64,000 nucleotides of DNA from Octopus sinensis (GCF_006345805.1 NC_043001.1:27838001-27902000); one strand, 5' to 3'. Counted from the stretch's first letter, positions 11,282 to 23,003 are shown. A program made the numbers and translations. The notes: generated by a model not told the origin, from the sequence alone.

Positions 11282-11863
11282 CCGTATTTGATAGAATAAA
11301 AGACGCACGAACATATTAGACGTGCTTCAATTTCAACATCTTTATATATAAAAGAGAGGTTGTGTGCTGTCTGTCTCCTACGATTTAGATTCCTAACTAC
11401 TCCCACATTTTGCGGTGCAGTTTAACCAAAACCGGGTATCTTATAGTCGTGATTCATATCGAGCCCTTCTGGGTATTAGCGCGCGTCTACAATGAGTCTA
11501 CGATTAAAAAAAAAATTACCATCAATTTTTCCCATTTTTAATGCATTTTTGGCATATATAAGGGAAGTAATTCTCTAAAAATTTATTAAATCTCAGATCG
11601 TAAAAAGCTACAGTAACACCCCACCTTTGTGGTTAGCCATATTGAGATGGCTATTATACTTTACATCTCTAAAAATGCTTATATAGTTATTTCCCTTACA
11701 AACCCGAGCAACGCCGGGCGATACTGCTAGTTGTATTTACAAGAAAAAATATGCGCCAGGAATAAAATTAACTTTGGGAAGCCCGGATTCGTTTATAGGA
11801 CCCGGGGTGATTTTTTTGAAATTCCTTCTGTAAATCGTGCGTCTTATATATCGTCAAATATTG
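11282..11863. mobile_element. pogo/Tigger-like MITE (about 190 bp) interrupted by a Helitron
   Basis: About 30-bp imperfect TIRs (ccgtatttgatagaataaaagacgcacga / tcgtgcgtcttatatatcgtcaaatattg), with TA on the left. Confidence 0.7.
11339..11730 (+). mobile_element. Non-autonomous Helitron, 392 bp
   Basis: Inserted between A (11338) and T (11731); 5' TC, 3' CTAG, GC-rich subterminal hairpin cccgagcaacgccggg (11703-11718), no TSD. All canonical Helitron hallmarks. Confidence 0.88.
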
Positions 11864-12533
11864 TTGGATTTTATGTGATGGTACAACATTTGAATTCATT
11901 GAAAAAAATTTTCTTACTATTAAATGTGATTTTTTAAAAACAAATTGAATACTCTAAATTGCATGAAAACTATTGAATGTACGTTAGAATTTCATCATCA
12001 TCACATATAAGTATTTAGTTTTCCTACTTTCAAATGAGCGCTGTTTATTCCGAGACAGTATAAGACTGCTGTTTTTATAGTTTGTTCTCTCTGTGCGTGT
12101 ATTTATTTATATATAAATGAATGTCTGTATGTATAGAGTTTCGAATGTATCAAAGTAAACTTGATTAAGTTTAGTGCATTTAATTTTAGATTAAAGATGG
12201 AATTGACTGGTTCAGAAATCATGCATAATGCAAAATTTTCGTTTCAATTGCAATGTAAGGGAAATAATCCAAGATAAATTTTACAAGTTGCCTCCCTTTA
12301 ACTAAGGGAAATAACTATTATATTTTATTTATTAATTTCAATTCCATATATATTCATTATCTATTCATTATGTATTATTATATAATCAATATAGTATTAC
12401 GACAGATAGTTTATACATAGCACATAGAACAGAGTGATGGCCTGTACATACTATTTATTGTAGTTCTCTTCCTCTATCTTTGTCTGTGTCTGTCTGTCTG
12501 TCTCTCTCTCTCCTTCCACACACACACACACGT

Positions 12534-12660
12534 GTGGAGGAGGTAGTTTAGTGGTTAGGGTGTTGGACACATGCTCGCAAGATGGCGGTTTCGAATCCTG
12601 AACCGGGCGATGAATTGCGTTTTTGAACAAAACCCTTTATTTTACGTTGTTCCAGTAAGC
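12534..12660 (+). mobile_element. tRNA-derived SINE head (my family C), truncated
   Basis: tagtttagtggttagggtgttggacacatg...ggtttcgaatcctgaaccgggcg; homologous to 43582-43770. Confidence 0.7.
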
Positions 12661-12849
12661 GGCGACAAACCGTCGTCCTGTACACGGAAAATTTTCTGAG
12701 CTACAGAATGTATGTTAGAATTTCATCATCATCACACATAAGTATTTAGCTTTTATACTTTAAAATGTGCGCTGTTTATTCTACCTCCTCCACACACGCG
12801 TGTGTGTGTATGTGTGTGTGGAAGGAGAGAAAGAGTGACAGAGACAGAC

Positions 12850-12879
12850 AGACAGTCAGACACACACTAACACACAGAC

Positions 12880-12935
<56 letters not shown>

Positions 12936-12945
12936 AACACACATA
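12850..12945. repeat. (GA)n/(CA)n microsatellite
   Basis: Seen directly. Confidence 0.9.
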
Positions 12946-13004
12946 CACAATTCGAAAAACCGACCTAAAGAGTTTTCGACTCGGAGCCTTCGACCCATTA
13001 TATA

Positions 13005-13223
13005 CGAGGTGATGTTAAACAGTTCCTCGCTTTAAGGGTGTCGCGAAAGGCCTGGTTGGAGACCGAACCTTTCGAGTTCTTTTACAGGGCTTAGAAAAAT
13101 TGAAGGACCACTGCAATAAGTGTGTGACTCTGAGAGGGGAAGATGTTGAGTAAAATCATAATTGACTGATCCTCCTGTATTTTCTTTTACCCCAAAGCAG
13201 GAACTTCTCAGTTCCCACTCAAA
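13005..13223 (+). mobile_element. Mariner-derived MITE
   Basis: TA-flanked imperfect TIRs (cgaggtgatgttaaacagttcctcgcttt / aaagcaggaacttctcagttcccactc). The interior retains a transposase C-terminus, FFLQGLEKLKDHCNKCVTLRGEDVE*. Confidence 0.8.
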
Positions 13224-13229
13224 TACCTT

Positions 13230-14160
13230 CTATCTTTCAACTGTCTCAGTCATTAGACTGCGGCCAAGCTGGGGCACCACCTTGCAAAAGTATGTTCGAA
13301 CGAATCGACTCCAGTATTTAATTTTTTTTAAAGCTGGATACTTATTTTATCAGATTTCTTTTGCTGAGCCGCTAAGTTACGGAGACGTAAACACACCAAC
13401 ACCAGTTGTCAAGTAGTGGTAGGGGACAAACGCACGCACGCACGCATGCACGCACGCATGCACGCACGCACGCATGCACGCACGCACGCATGCACGCACG
13501 CACGCATGCACGCACGCACGCACACACGCACGCATGCACGCTCGCACGCACGCATGCACGCACGCACGCATGCACGCACACACGCACGCATGCACGCACG
13601 CATGCACGCATGCACGCACGCATGCACGCACGCATGCACTCAAATACACATACATATATACGATGGGCTTCTTTCAGTTTCTTATTTCTTTACTGCCCAC
13701 AAGGGGCTACACACAGAGGGGACAAACAAGGACAGACAAACGGATTAAGTCGATTACATCGACCTCAGTGCGTAACTGGTACTTATTTAATCGACCCCGA
13801 AAGGATGAAAGGCAAAGTCAACCTCGGCGGAATTTGAACTCAGAATATAAAGATAGACGAAATACCTATGTCTTTATTACCCACAAGGGGCTAAACATAG
13901 AGGGGACAAACAAGGACAGACATAGGTATTAAGTCGATTACATCGACTCCAGTGCGTAACAGGTACTTAATTTATCGACCTCGGAAGGATGAAAGGCAAA
14001 GTCGACCTCGGCGGAATTTGAACTCAGAACGTAGCGGCAGACGAAATACCGCTAAGCATTTCGCCCGGCGTGCTAACGTTTCTGCCAGCTCGCCGCCTTT
14101 CTTTTAGTTTCTGTGTACCAAACCCACACACAAGACTTTGGTCGGCCCTTGGCTACAGCA
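13230..14160 (-). mobile_element. SINE family B split by a family A dimer, with an expanded internal (GCAC/GCAT)n tract
   Basis: B tail and body at 13230-13681 resume at 14099-14160; microsatellite at 13430-13640. Confidence 0.85.
13682..14098 (-). mobile_element. Family A SINE dimer (full unit + head-less unit) with one 13-bp TSD
   Basis: TSD ttctttcagtttc (13669-13681) / ttcttttagtttc (14099-14111); internal junction at about 13866. Confidence 0.9.
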
Positions 14161-14288
14161 GAGTGGCAGTCGACAGATAGGAATTACATTTGCTTTTTAA
14201 TAACAATTTCACTCAGTTCCTTATGATTAAAGTTTCGATGGCGAACCCTCTGAACTTTGTCTTGTGGGAGGCTGAGTCAAATTGTTCT

Positions 14289-14653
14289 ATACATACATAC
14301 ATACGCATACACATACATACATGCATAATACATACATACATACATACATACATACATACATACATACATACATACATACTACATACATACATACATACAT
14401 TCATACATACATACATACATGCATAATACATACATACATACATACATACATGCATAATACATACATACATACATACATACAAGTGTGTGTGTGTGTATGT
14501 ATTGAAAGACAAGTTCCAAATGAGAATTTGTCTGTGTTAACTACACAAAGATGGAGTCTTGTATTTTTGTTGGAAACTGGCTGCCTCCTAAGTGGAAGAT
14601 TTATCATAATTAAAAAAATAGAAGAGACATACATACATACATACATACATACA

Positions 14654-14685
<32 letters not shown>

Positions 14686-15019
14686 CACACACGCATACAT
14701 ACATGCATGCATACACATACATACATGCATGCATACACATACATACATGAATGCATACATGCATGCATACATACATACATACATACATACATACATGCAT
14801 GCATGCATGCATAATGCATAATGCATACAAACATACATACATACACACATACACACATACACGCATACATACATACATGCATACATACATACATACATGC
14901 ATACATACATACATACATACATACACACATACACGCATACATACATGCATACATACATACATACATACATACATACATACATACATACATACATAATACA
15001 TACATACATACATACATAC
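14289..15019. repeat. (CATA)n microsatellite field with a ~120-bp unique island (about 14510-14627)
   Basis: Seen directly. Confidence 0.95.
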
Positions 15020-15020
15020 A

Positions 15021-15300
15021 GCTGAGCACTGGAGTTGATGTAATCGACTTATCCTCTGTCCCAAAATTGCTGGTGTTGTACCAATTTGAAACCTTTGCTT
15101 TTAAAGCTGCAAACTGGCAGAATGCTTGGTGGTATTTCGTCCGTCTGTACATTCTGAGCTCAGTTGCTGCCGAGGTCGACTTTACCTTTTATCCTTTCAG
15201 GGTTGATGAAATAAATACCAGTTGTGCACTGAGGTCGATGTAATAATCTAACCCCCACCCACCAAAATTTCAGGCTTTGTGCCTATAGTAGAAAGTATTA
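15021..15300 (+). mobile_element. Two family A (A2-tail) SINE copies: a 3' fragment and a diverged near-full copy
   Basis: gatgtaatcgactt...ccaaaattgctgg...aatttgaaacc, then gcaaactggcagaa...ttcaggctttgtgcctatagtagaaag. Confidence 0.8.
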
Positions 15301-15319
15301 TGATTATTGTTATTATTAG

Positions 15320-17095
15320 AAACGCTAGTATATGTGATTCCCAAGAGATCCATCCTCAACAATCTGTATCTTACAGAGGAGATAGGAAACAAATCTGACA
15401 TTGGTGAGGTCTTGATTAATTTGGATCAATCGAAAGGTTTCGACCATCGCTACTTTTCAGCGTCTTAAAAACGGTCGGTTTCGGAACCGTTTCTAGAGAC
15501 TGAATTGTAGGAATGCACAGTGGCACTTGCTTGGAACCGTTTCATATCACGCGCCCCAGCCGTCAAGATTGGCTCCTTTCGTCCTTTCTGTACGCGCTGT
15601 CTCTCGGTCCGTTGCTGCAGAAACAAGAACTGTTGAAAGGCATCTCCCCCGAGGTGGGATGTGTGAGATCTGCATCGGCGTACGCGAATAACATTACTGT
15701 AATGGTGTGCACCGCAGAAGTCGAGGTGGTCAGCGCCATTATAAAGGGGTATGAGGCGATGGTTGGGGCAAAAATAAACCCGGAAAAATCAGTGGGCTTG
15801 CAGCTTGGTACATGGAGAGGTAAGTCTAAGCTGCTGCACAGCGTCGTGGTTCGCTCGACAGACGGACCAGTTAAACTGGTTAGGCAGTCCATCTGTTGCC
15901 TGTGCTCTCTAAAAGGCAGACTTAGCATTTCGTGGTTGCCGATGCACAGACACACATCGAAGCCGCGTCATTTGTAAACATTCCTGGACAGTGAGCAGAT
16001 GCGGCTTCTGTTTGTTAGACACGTTTTTCTGCAACTTGTTTCTTTCACAGATCAGCATTTGTGGATCAAGTAAAGACCAAATTTTAGCACCTGGTAACTC
16101 GGATGTCACCAGGCGCTCACCACCTTCTACCAGATAAACAATGCGATCGATGAAAGTGTTCCTATAACAGTATATTTAGGATTAGTGGTGGATAAAAATG
16201 TTGACATCCCCAAGGACATTTTAGACTGGGTAGTCTGATCCTGAGAACATTTTAAATCAGGATCTACAGTGGATAACTTCCACAAATCTTTGGCCTGGCA
16301 GTGCTACCGAGAAGCACCACTTGTTCGAAATAAACTCCATAGAACGAAAGTACCACTTGCCAAGATTTTCCAAAATGTGCATAGAGTGACGAAACTGTAA
16401 TGCATACATTTGTGCAGTGTTCGAGCCTTGTTGACTTAAAGTTATATCAAACAGTTGATATAATAGAATCAGTTATCGGCTGAGTCCATCATGAAGATTA
16501 GCCCACCGCACTCCTTTGATAAGGTTGAACGAGCTGTTTAACCTCGTCTGCTAGCCAAAAGGAGAGAAGTTGTTAGTGGTCGAGGCTGAAAGGATTGACG
16601 ATTGATACCCATGTCTTCAGTCAAGCTCTCATCGACTTTTTCAAGTTTCATTTGGAAAGAAAGTGAGCATAGAGGGGGAGGTGCTTCCCTTTAGTGAATT
16701 TATCAAAAAGTGGTGGCTGTAGGAAAAATGATGAGAGTGAATGGATCTACTTTAAGCATGCGTTTGTAGTTTGGAGTGGATGGATCTACTTTAAGCGCGT
16801 GTCTGTAGTTTGGAGAACAACAGTTAAGCGAGGGGTTGTACCTTTGTTGGTTCGGGTGATCAATAGGAATCCTTGATTGTCAATAAATGGAGACTCTCCT
16901 ATACCAGGAGGACTGCATCATCCATGTATTAAAATACTTTGAATACTGTATATGCTTTTCGTCTCGTTTCTCTTCATCACTGTGGCATTTTCTTCCCTTA
17001 ATCAATTTTATGTTTAACACCAATAGGCATTGTAACCCCCTCGTTGTAATGTCGCCCTCATCTGACACTGCTATGGTAAATTAAAGAAATAATAA
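15320..17095 (+). mobile_element. 5'-truncated L1/Tx1-clade LINE with 3' UTR and microsatellite tail
   Basis: Decayed RT and C-terminal zinc-knuckle region, followed by a non-coding 3' region ending in (AAT/GAT)n. Confidence 0.85.
15330..16430 (+). pseudogene. LINE ORF2 (reverse transcriptase + zf-RVT) pseudogene
   Basis: IPKRSILNNLYL, LINLDQSKGFDHRY, EPFHITRPSRQDWLLSSFLYALSLGPLL, SAYANNIT (YADD motif), GAKINPEKSVGL.LGTWRG, and DNFHKSLAWQCYRE...SDETVMHTFVQC. Stops, frameshifts and an internal deletion after GPVKL. Confidence 0.88.
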
Positions 17096-17266
17096 TGATG
17101 ATGATGATGATGATGATAATAATAATACTTTCTAATCGATGTATCAATATCAATAGATGACAACGTTTTTCTAAAAGAAATGGAGAAACTTTCAAAGCAC
17201 AAAGTCCTGGAAATAGAGGCAACTCGAATGTGGAGTCTAAAAAAAGAAACAATTCCTATCATAATA

Positions 17267-17410
17267 GGAAAAATCAGTGGGCTTTCGGCTTGGTACATGG
17301 AGAGGCAAGTCTAAGCTGCTGCACCGCGTCGTGGTTCGCTCGACAGACGGACCAGTTAAACTGGTTAGGCAGTCCATCTGTTACCTGTGCTCTCTAAAAG
17401 GCAGACTTAG
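17267..17410 (+). repeat. 144-bp local duplicate of LINE segment 15782-15925
   Basis: 5 mismatches in 144 bp by eye. Confidence 0.92.
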
Positions 17411-17481
17411 GTATGATAAAAATTATTCAGACAAATACATACTGAATAATATTAATAATGATAATGATAATAATAATAATT

Positions 17482-18022
17482 ACCAGGCAGTGACTCTCAT
17501 GGCTGCTGATCTTAACTGATTGGAAGTGTTATCATGTACATTGTTTTGTCTTGGTATAAAAGATGGGCTACAGCAAATATTCTGCTCAATACCACAGATT
17601 TGCTTGTCAGTTGTTTGACCATAACCAGTTGAGCATGTCCCTTAGTGGCTGACGATATGTACATCTCTGATCACACGCAGAAGTAGTGGGGGAGCATCAT
17701 AGCCGTGTGTTGAAAGGAATTCTTAGAGGTTTGGATAATTCACCTCTGGAAACACGGGTGGTTCGTTCAACATCCTTAAACAATCCTTATTCAGGGACCT
17801 TTTGAGCGGAATGGGCTACTCGACCAGAAGAAAATTCAAACTGGGCCCCATCTGCAAGGTCATGTGCTATTTATCTTAATATGAGATCACCATGTCGCGT
17901 TCATATGGTTGCAATGCATGTGCCTGGTGTACCCTTATCAGACGGGTAGTCATGATGGGTATACAGGGCTTCATATATTTTACCCCAGTGTCACTTTGAC
18001 GGCATGCACTGCTCTCTCACTC
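17482..18022. mobile_element. Interspersed repeat bounded on both sides by (AAT)n; class unknown
   Basis: Complex ~540-bp block between two (AAT)n tracts. I recall it as an abundant octopus repeat, but only one copy is in the window. Confidence 0.55.
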
Positions 18023-18080
<58 letters not shown>

Positions 18081-18099
18081 TAATAATAATAATAATAAT

Positions 18100-18225
18100 T
18101 CTTTCTTCTATTGGCACAATAGCGACCTTGAAAAGATGAAAGGTAAAGTCAACCTCGGTGGAATTTGAGCTCAGAAAGTAAAACCGGAAGAAATGCCGCT
18201 GAGTACTTTGTCCGATGCATGACAG
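18100..18225 (-). mobile_element. Family A SINE fragment
   Basis: gatgaaaggtaaagtcaacctcggtggaatttgagctcagaa...gaaatgccgctgag. Confidence 0.8.
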
Positions 18226-18274
18226 ACTTATTCTCCTTTCATAATAGCCGTCTTATTACAGCTGACAGTAAACT

Positions 18275-18600
18275 GAGAAAATTCTTAGTGGAGTGAGATG
18301 AAGAGTGGTGACACTAACTCGAACAAATAAGGCCTGATAGAAAACTTCGGACCCATGGCATTCCTTAACATACTGTATTGGCAAAGGTGTTCGCCAAGAG
18401 ACTGGTACTTGTATGTGGTATAACCAATGATGCTCAAATCTGTGCGATCCCCGACCGATCTATATGCGGAAACCTCCATCTCATATGATATATCGCAAAG
18501 CAAGTCGTGAATAGTTCTGGCGGAGCGCTGGTCAATACTAAGTCGCTCAAGCCATCAGATAGAGCGGACTATTGCAATCTAGCAGCTGGACTCCTCTTCG
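18275..18600 (+). pseudogene. Second L1/Tx1-clade RT fragment (N-terminal RT motifs)
   Basis: LIENFGPMAFLNI / VLAKVFAKRLVLV...AQICAIPDRSICGNLHLI*YI...GGALVN; same family as 15330-16430 but more diverged. Confidence 0.8.
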
Positions 18601-19277
18601 GTAATAAGATCGCTACTGTATGCAGTGGCATCTGCTCAATGATTAAACTAAACAGCCACCTCTAGGAACCGCTTAGAATTGAACGCTTTATCCATCAAAT
18701 AATCCATTTTCTCCCTCTCATGTGAAAAAAAAAGTGATGGAGCGTTGAGCTAGAACGATAATTATCGAGAGTTGTCTCCCTTACATCCGAAGCTTTTTTT
18801 TAAAATTTTCAAATCTGAGTAGTCGAGTAAAAATATTCACTTAATGGAAGAAGAATTTAACTTAGGACAGAGAATCGCACTCCAGCGTGTGGTTCGTCAT
18901 TAGAACCAAGGTCCACTCGAACTGAGACGACTGCTAAACTACAACTGTGATGTTAAGTACAGGAATAATTTTCCCTTTTTTTCTTTTTTTCGATGCTTTC
19001 TGTGATTCGGACCAAAGAAAGGTTGTTAAACGCAGCACTGAAACCCATCAAACTGTCGTCAGTTATGTAGAGTGCTATCACTGCTTACAATAACGAAGTT
19101 TTCATCACCTTGTATACAATATTCAGGTTGATAACGTCTCAATTTTCCCGCTATCCTAAATACGTTCAAATACACATATAATATTTGCACATGATCACCA
19201 TGAACTACCTTCCCACCATGAACCTTCTCCTCCTCTTCATGATCATCATGATCATCATGATCATGGAATGAAATATA

Positions 19278-19509
19278 TATTTCTTTACTACCCACAAGGG
19301 GCTAAACACAGAGAGGACAAACAAGGACAGACAAACGGGTTAAGTCGATTACATCGACCCCAGTGCGTAACTGGTACTTAATTTATCGACCCCCGAAAGG
19401 ATGAAAGGCAAAGTCGACCTCGGCGGAATTTGAACCCAGAACGTAACGCAGACGAAATATGGCTACGCATTTCGCCCGGCGTGCTAATGTTTCTGCCAGC
19501 TCGCCGCCT
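19278..19509 (-). mobile_element. Young full-length family A1 SINE with a 17-bp TSD
   Basis: TSD tcatggaatgaaatata at 19261-19277 and 19510-19526. Confidence 0.95.
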
Positions 19510-19899
19510 TCATGGAATGAAATATAGCATCTGCTATCTATTGTTGGAGGTGAATAGACATCCTATTTGTGGTTGCTGTTTAGATGACGAAACGAATCGA
19601 GCCGAAGATCAAGTTAAGAGTCATGTCCCTTGGTAACAAAACATCGTCACTGGGGGTTATTTTGTTACAAGTCGGCCGGAGTTTTCTGGAAAAGTTTGTG
19701 AGAAGGAAATGGATTGTATGGATTCTCGCATAACCTTTGCGGCAGGGGGTGGGGCATATACATCCCTGTTCGTTAGTATTTCCTGTCTTTTATGTATTGG
19801 TTAAATTCGTGGGGCTTTTACGTATGCATGCGGTGTGTGTAGGGGTACAATATGTGTGGGAGCTTACATTGGGTATGATGGAAAATAGTCTATTTTGGT

Positions 19900-20131
19900 A
19901 GGCGGCGAGCTGGCAGAAACGTTAGCACGTCGGGCGAAATGCGTAGCTGTATTTCGTCTGTCGATACATTCCGAGTTCAAATTCCGCCGAGGTCGAATTT
20001 GCCTTTTATCCTTTCGGGGTCGATAAATAAAGTGCCAGTTACGCACTGGGGTCGATGTAGTAGACTTAATCCCTTTGTCTGTCTTTGTTTGTCCCCTCTG
20101 TGTTTAGCTCCTTGTGGGCAATAAAGAAATA
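19900..20131 (+). mobile_element. Young full-length family A1 SINE with an ~11-bp TSD
   Basis: tattttggtagg before and tatttggtagg after; near-identical to 19278-19509 in the opposite orientation. Confidence 0.95.
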
Positions 20132-20385
20132 TATTTGGTAGGTGTCCGCCGTGTCAGGATGTGTGTGTTTGTTTGTCGGTGTGTTAGTGTGTATTCTTGT
20201 CAAACTCTTTGCCAGACTTCTAGGTATTGGCGGAGGACAGAATTTGGATGACTGATGATTAGAGTCATGATAGGGCACGCAGATATGATAAGATGTACTG
20301 TTTTTCATGCGGGCAAGGATTAATATATATATGTAACGGTTGGTTCTTAGGAAGGCTGCAATGCTCTTGTTCGAGGGTCACCAAT

Positions 20386-20816
20386 TGTAACGGTTAAAAT
20401 TGATTGCTGGTAGGAATTTTTATTTCTCTCTCTGACCATTATATTCTAGCAGTCCTTTCCTTACCTAACTGAGTCGTCACGAACTGCCTCGTTCAGTTGC
20501 CGACAAGTGACTAAAAGATTTTTGCTTGGGGTGTGTTTGCTTATATAAAGATCCAGGAGGATAGATATATCATTGAGAACAATAGATTTAGTTGGTGATC
20601 TTGTTATCTTTACTCTAGCTTTTGGTGAAGTAGAAGAGGTTAGAAAGGGTGAAGTGGTGAAAATATTATTTCGGCCTAGCTAAAGGCATCTGGAAAATGT
20701 AAAACTGCTGTCAGAGAAAAACCATTGTTCCACTGTGGGAAAAGTTCTGTTGCAGTGTTAATTTAAATTTGGCTATGGTGGGTCGAATCCACTTCATGCA
20801 TGCAAGATTCGCTACA
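20386..20816 (+). mobile_element. Solo LTR (431 bp) of the same family as 1074-1795
   Basis: Starts tgtaacggttaaaattgattg (cf. tgtagcgggtaaaattgattg), ends cgctaca, 4-bp TSD caat (20382-20385, 20817-20820), TATA-like ttatataaag at about 20541. Confidence 0.8.
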
Positions 20817-23003
20817 CAATAGAACCTCGCAGTACGAGTGCAACATTGCACGAGTAATTTGCTGTACGAACCGAGGCTCGTGCGAATTTTTGTCTTGAAG
20901 CACGGGTGGAAATCTGCAGTACGAACTAGTTTCATACAAGCGACCCCTAGTCAGCGCTGAGCTCGCATACTCCCTCCCAACAAGCACAGCCTCTGCTCGC
21001 GCAGTTCACGTGTTTACCTCGTTGTGGCAGCGTTCCTGTTGTGTTTTTTCCAGTATTTTTCTAAAGTTCTGTGCGTTTTTTGCAATTATTTTATAATAAT
21101 TTATTGTACTATAATAATTAATTGTATTAGACATGGGCCCTAAGAAGGTTAGTGCAAAAGGCAGAGCTGAGAAGAAGAAAAAGCTGATTACAATAGAATT
21201 GAAAAAGTAAATCATTAATAAACATGAGAGAAGAATGCGTGTAGCGGACACAGCACGTCGGCGATCTGCACCATCCTGAATAAAAAGGACGAGATCAAAG
21301 CCGTCACAATAGCAAAGGGCCGTCACAGCAGCAAAGGGCTGTTGCAACGCACATCTGTCCACGAAGAGATGAAAAAATTGCTTCTCCTGTGGATCAACGA
21401 GAAGTAACAATTACGGAGACCATTATCTCTGAGAAAGCACGAGAGCTTTATAGGGATTTCCTGAAGCAGAACCCTGAAACAATGACAGAGGAGGAGACAT
21501 CAACAGACGCCTTTAAGGCCAGTCGCGTCTGGTTTGATAACTTCAAGAAGAGTACTGGTGTTCATATCGTGGTCAGGTATGGAGAGGCAGCGAGTTCAGA
21601 CACGAAGGCAGCTGATGATTTCTTGCATGAATTACGTCAGCTCATCGCAGCCGAGGGGTACATGGCATAACAGGTATCTAACTGTGATGAAACCGGCCTC
21701 TTAGGAAAAATAAAATGCCCAGAATAACCTACATAACTGCAGAGGAAAGAAAATGCCAGGCCACAAGCCTATGAAAGATAGGCTAACTCTCGCCCTTTGA
21801 ACCAATGCGAGTGGAGACTTGAAGATTAAACCGCTCCTTGCCTACCATTCCAAAAACCCAAGAGCGTTCAAATCACACAAAATCCGGAAGGAGAAGCTGC
21901 AGGTCATGTGTAAGGCAAACGTTAAAGCCTGGATCCCCAAGCAATTCTTCACCGAGAGGGGTCAAACTTATCTTTGGATCAGCAGTGAAAATGTATCTTC
22001 TGGAGAACGATCTTCCTCTCAAGGCCTTCCTCATCCTCAACAATGCTCCTGCTCACCCTCCTAACTACGAAGATAATATCTTGGACGGATTTTAATTCAT
22101 AAAAGTTCTATACCTTTCACGCAACACAACCCATATCTTGCAACCACCGAATCAACAGGTGGTTTCTAATATTTAAGAAATTGTACACCAAACACCTGAT
22201 TCGTCGCTTCGTGAGTTTTGGAAGGAGCACTACAACGTTGTTAACTGCCTGAAAATCATCGATATGGCCTGGCAGGGTGTAACGAGGAGAACGCTGTATT
22301 CTGCATGGAGATCCGAAAAAAAAAAAATTCGAGGGGTTTGAGTCCGAGACACATGTAGTCAAGCCCATGGGTCTTGAGGTTGACGATGGGGACATTAACG
22401 GCCTTGTCGAGGAACACTCAGAGGAGCTTACGACAGATGCGGTGGACGAGACTGGTTCCCCGGAGGAGGACAGTGTAGCGGAAAAGGCTATCTCTACGAC
22501 TGACATAAAAGCAGCGGTGACGAAGTGGCAATATGTTTCTGAATTTATAGAAAAATATCACCCTGAAAAAGTACCTACTGGTCGTGCAGCTGTTTTATTT
22601 AATGACACTGCTATGGCACATTTTCGTAATATTTTGAAAGGCATAATGGAAGGAGATTCTCCTCCCAAACAATAATCCTCCTCCTCCCCGCTCCATCGTC
22701 TTCTTCGCGTTGAAATCATCCCATCTTTAAGGTAATTAAATGAAAACCACTTTACATATTTCTTTTATTATGTTTACATATTTCTTTTATTATGTTTTTA
22801 CAATTGTCATTTTCCTAAAGCCTACAAAAATGATTTTCTATCCTAAAGCCCACAAAAATGATTTTCGGGTGGTTTTGTGAGGTTGGAACGGATTAATCAT
22901 ATTTTAAATAATTTCAATGGAGAAAATTGATTTGTAAAACGAGTAAAACGCAAAACAAGCTCGGTCATGGAACGAATTAAACTTGTACAGCGAGGTATCA
23001 CAG
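20817..23003 (+). mobile_element. Near-complete decayed Tigger/pogo DNA transposon
   Basis: Imperfect 23-bp TIRs (caatagaacctcgcagtacgagt vs reverse complement of acttgtacagcgaggtatcacag, 16/23 identical), TA at the right end, internal transposase. Confidence 0.9.
21133..22675 (+). pseudogene. Tigger (TIGD1-like, CENP-B/DDE_1) transposase pseudogene
   Basis: MGPKKVSAK...ITIELKK; FKASRVWFDNFKKSTG..IVVRYGEAASSD; NCDETGL; HKPMKDRLTL; KPLLAYHSKNPRAFK; LILNNAPAHP; ILQP.NQQV; several stops and frameshifts. Confidence 0.93.

Noticed and set aside
14282-15243. Long ORFs (up to 252 aa) here and at 30849-31645, 49754-50482, 59727-60551, 63005-63736 and similar
   Set aside because: Translations of (CATA)n, (TA)n, (TCTA)n, (GA)n or trinucleotide repeats that simply lack stop codons.
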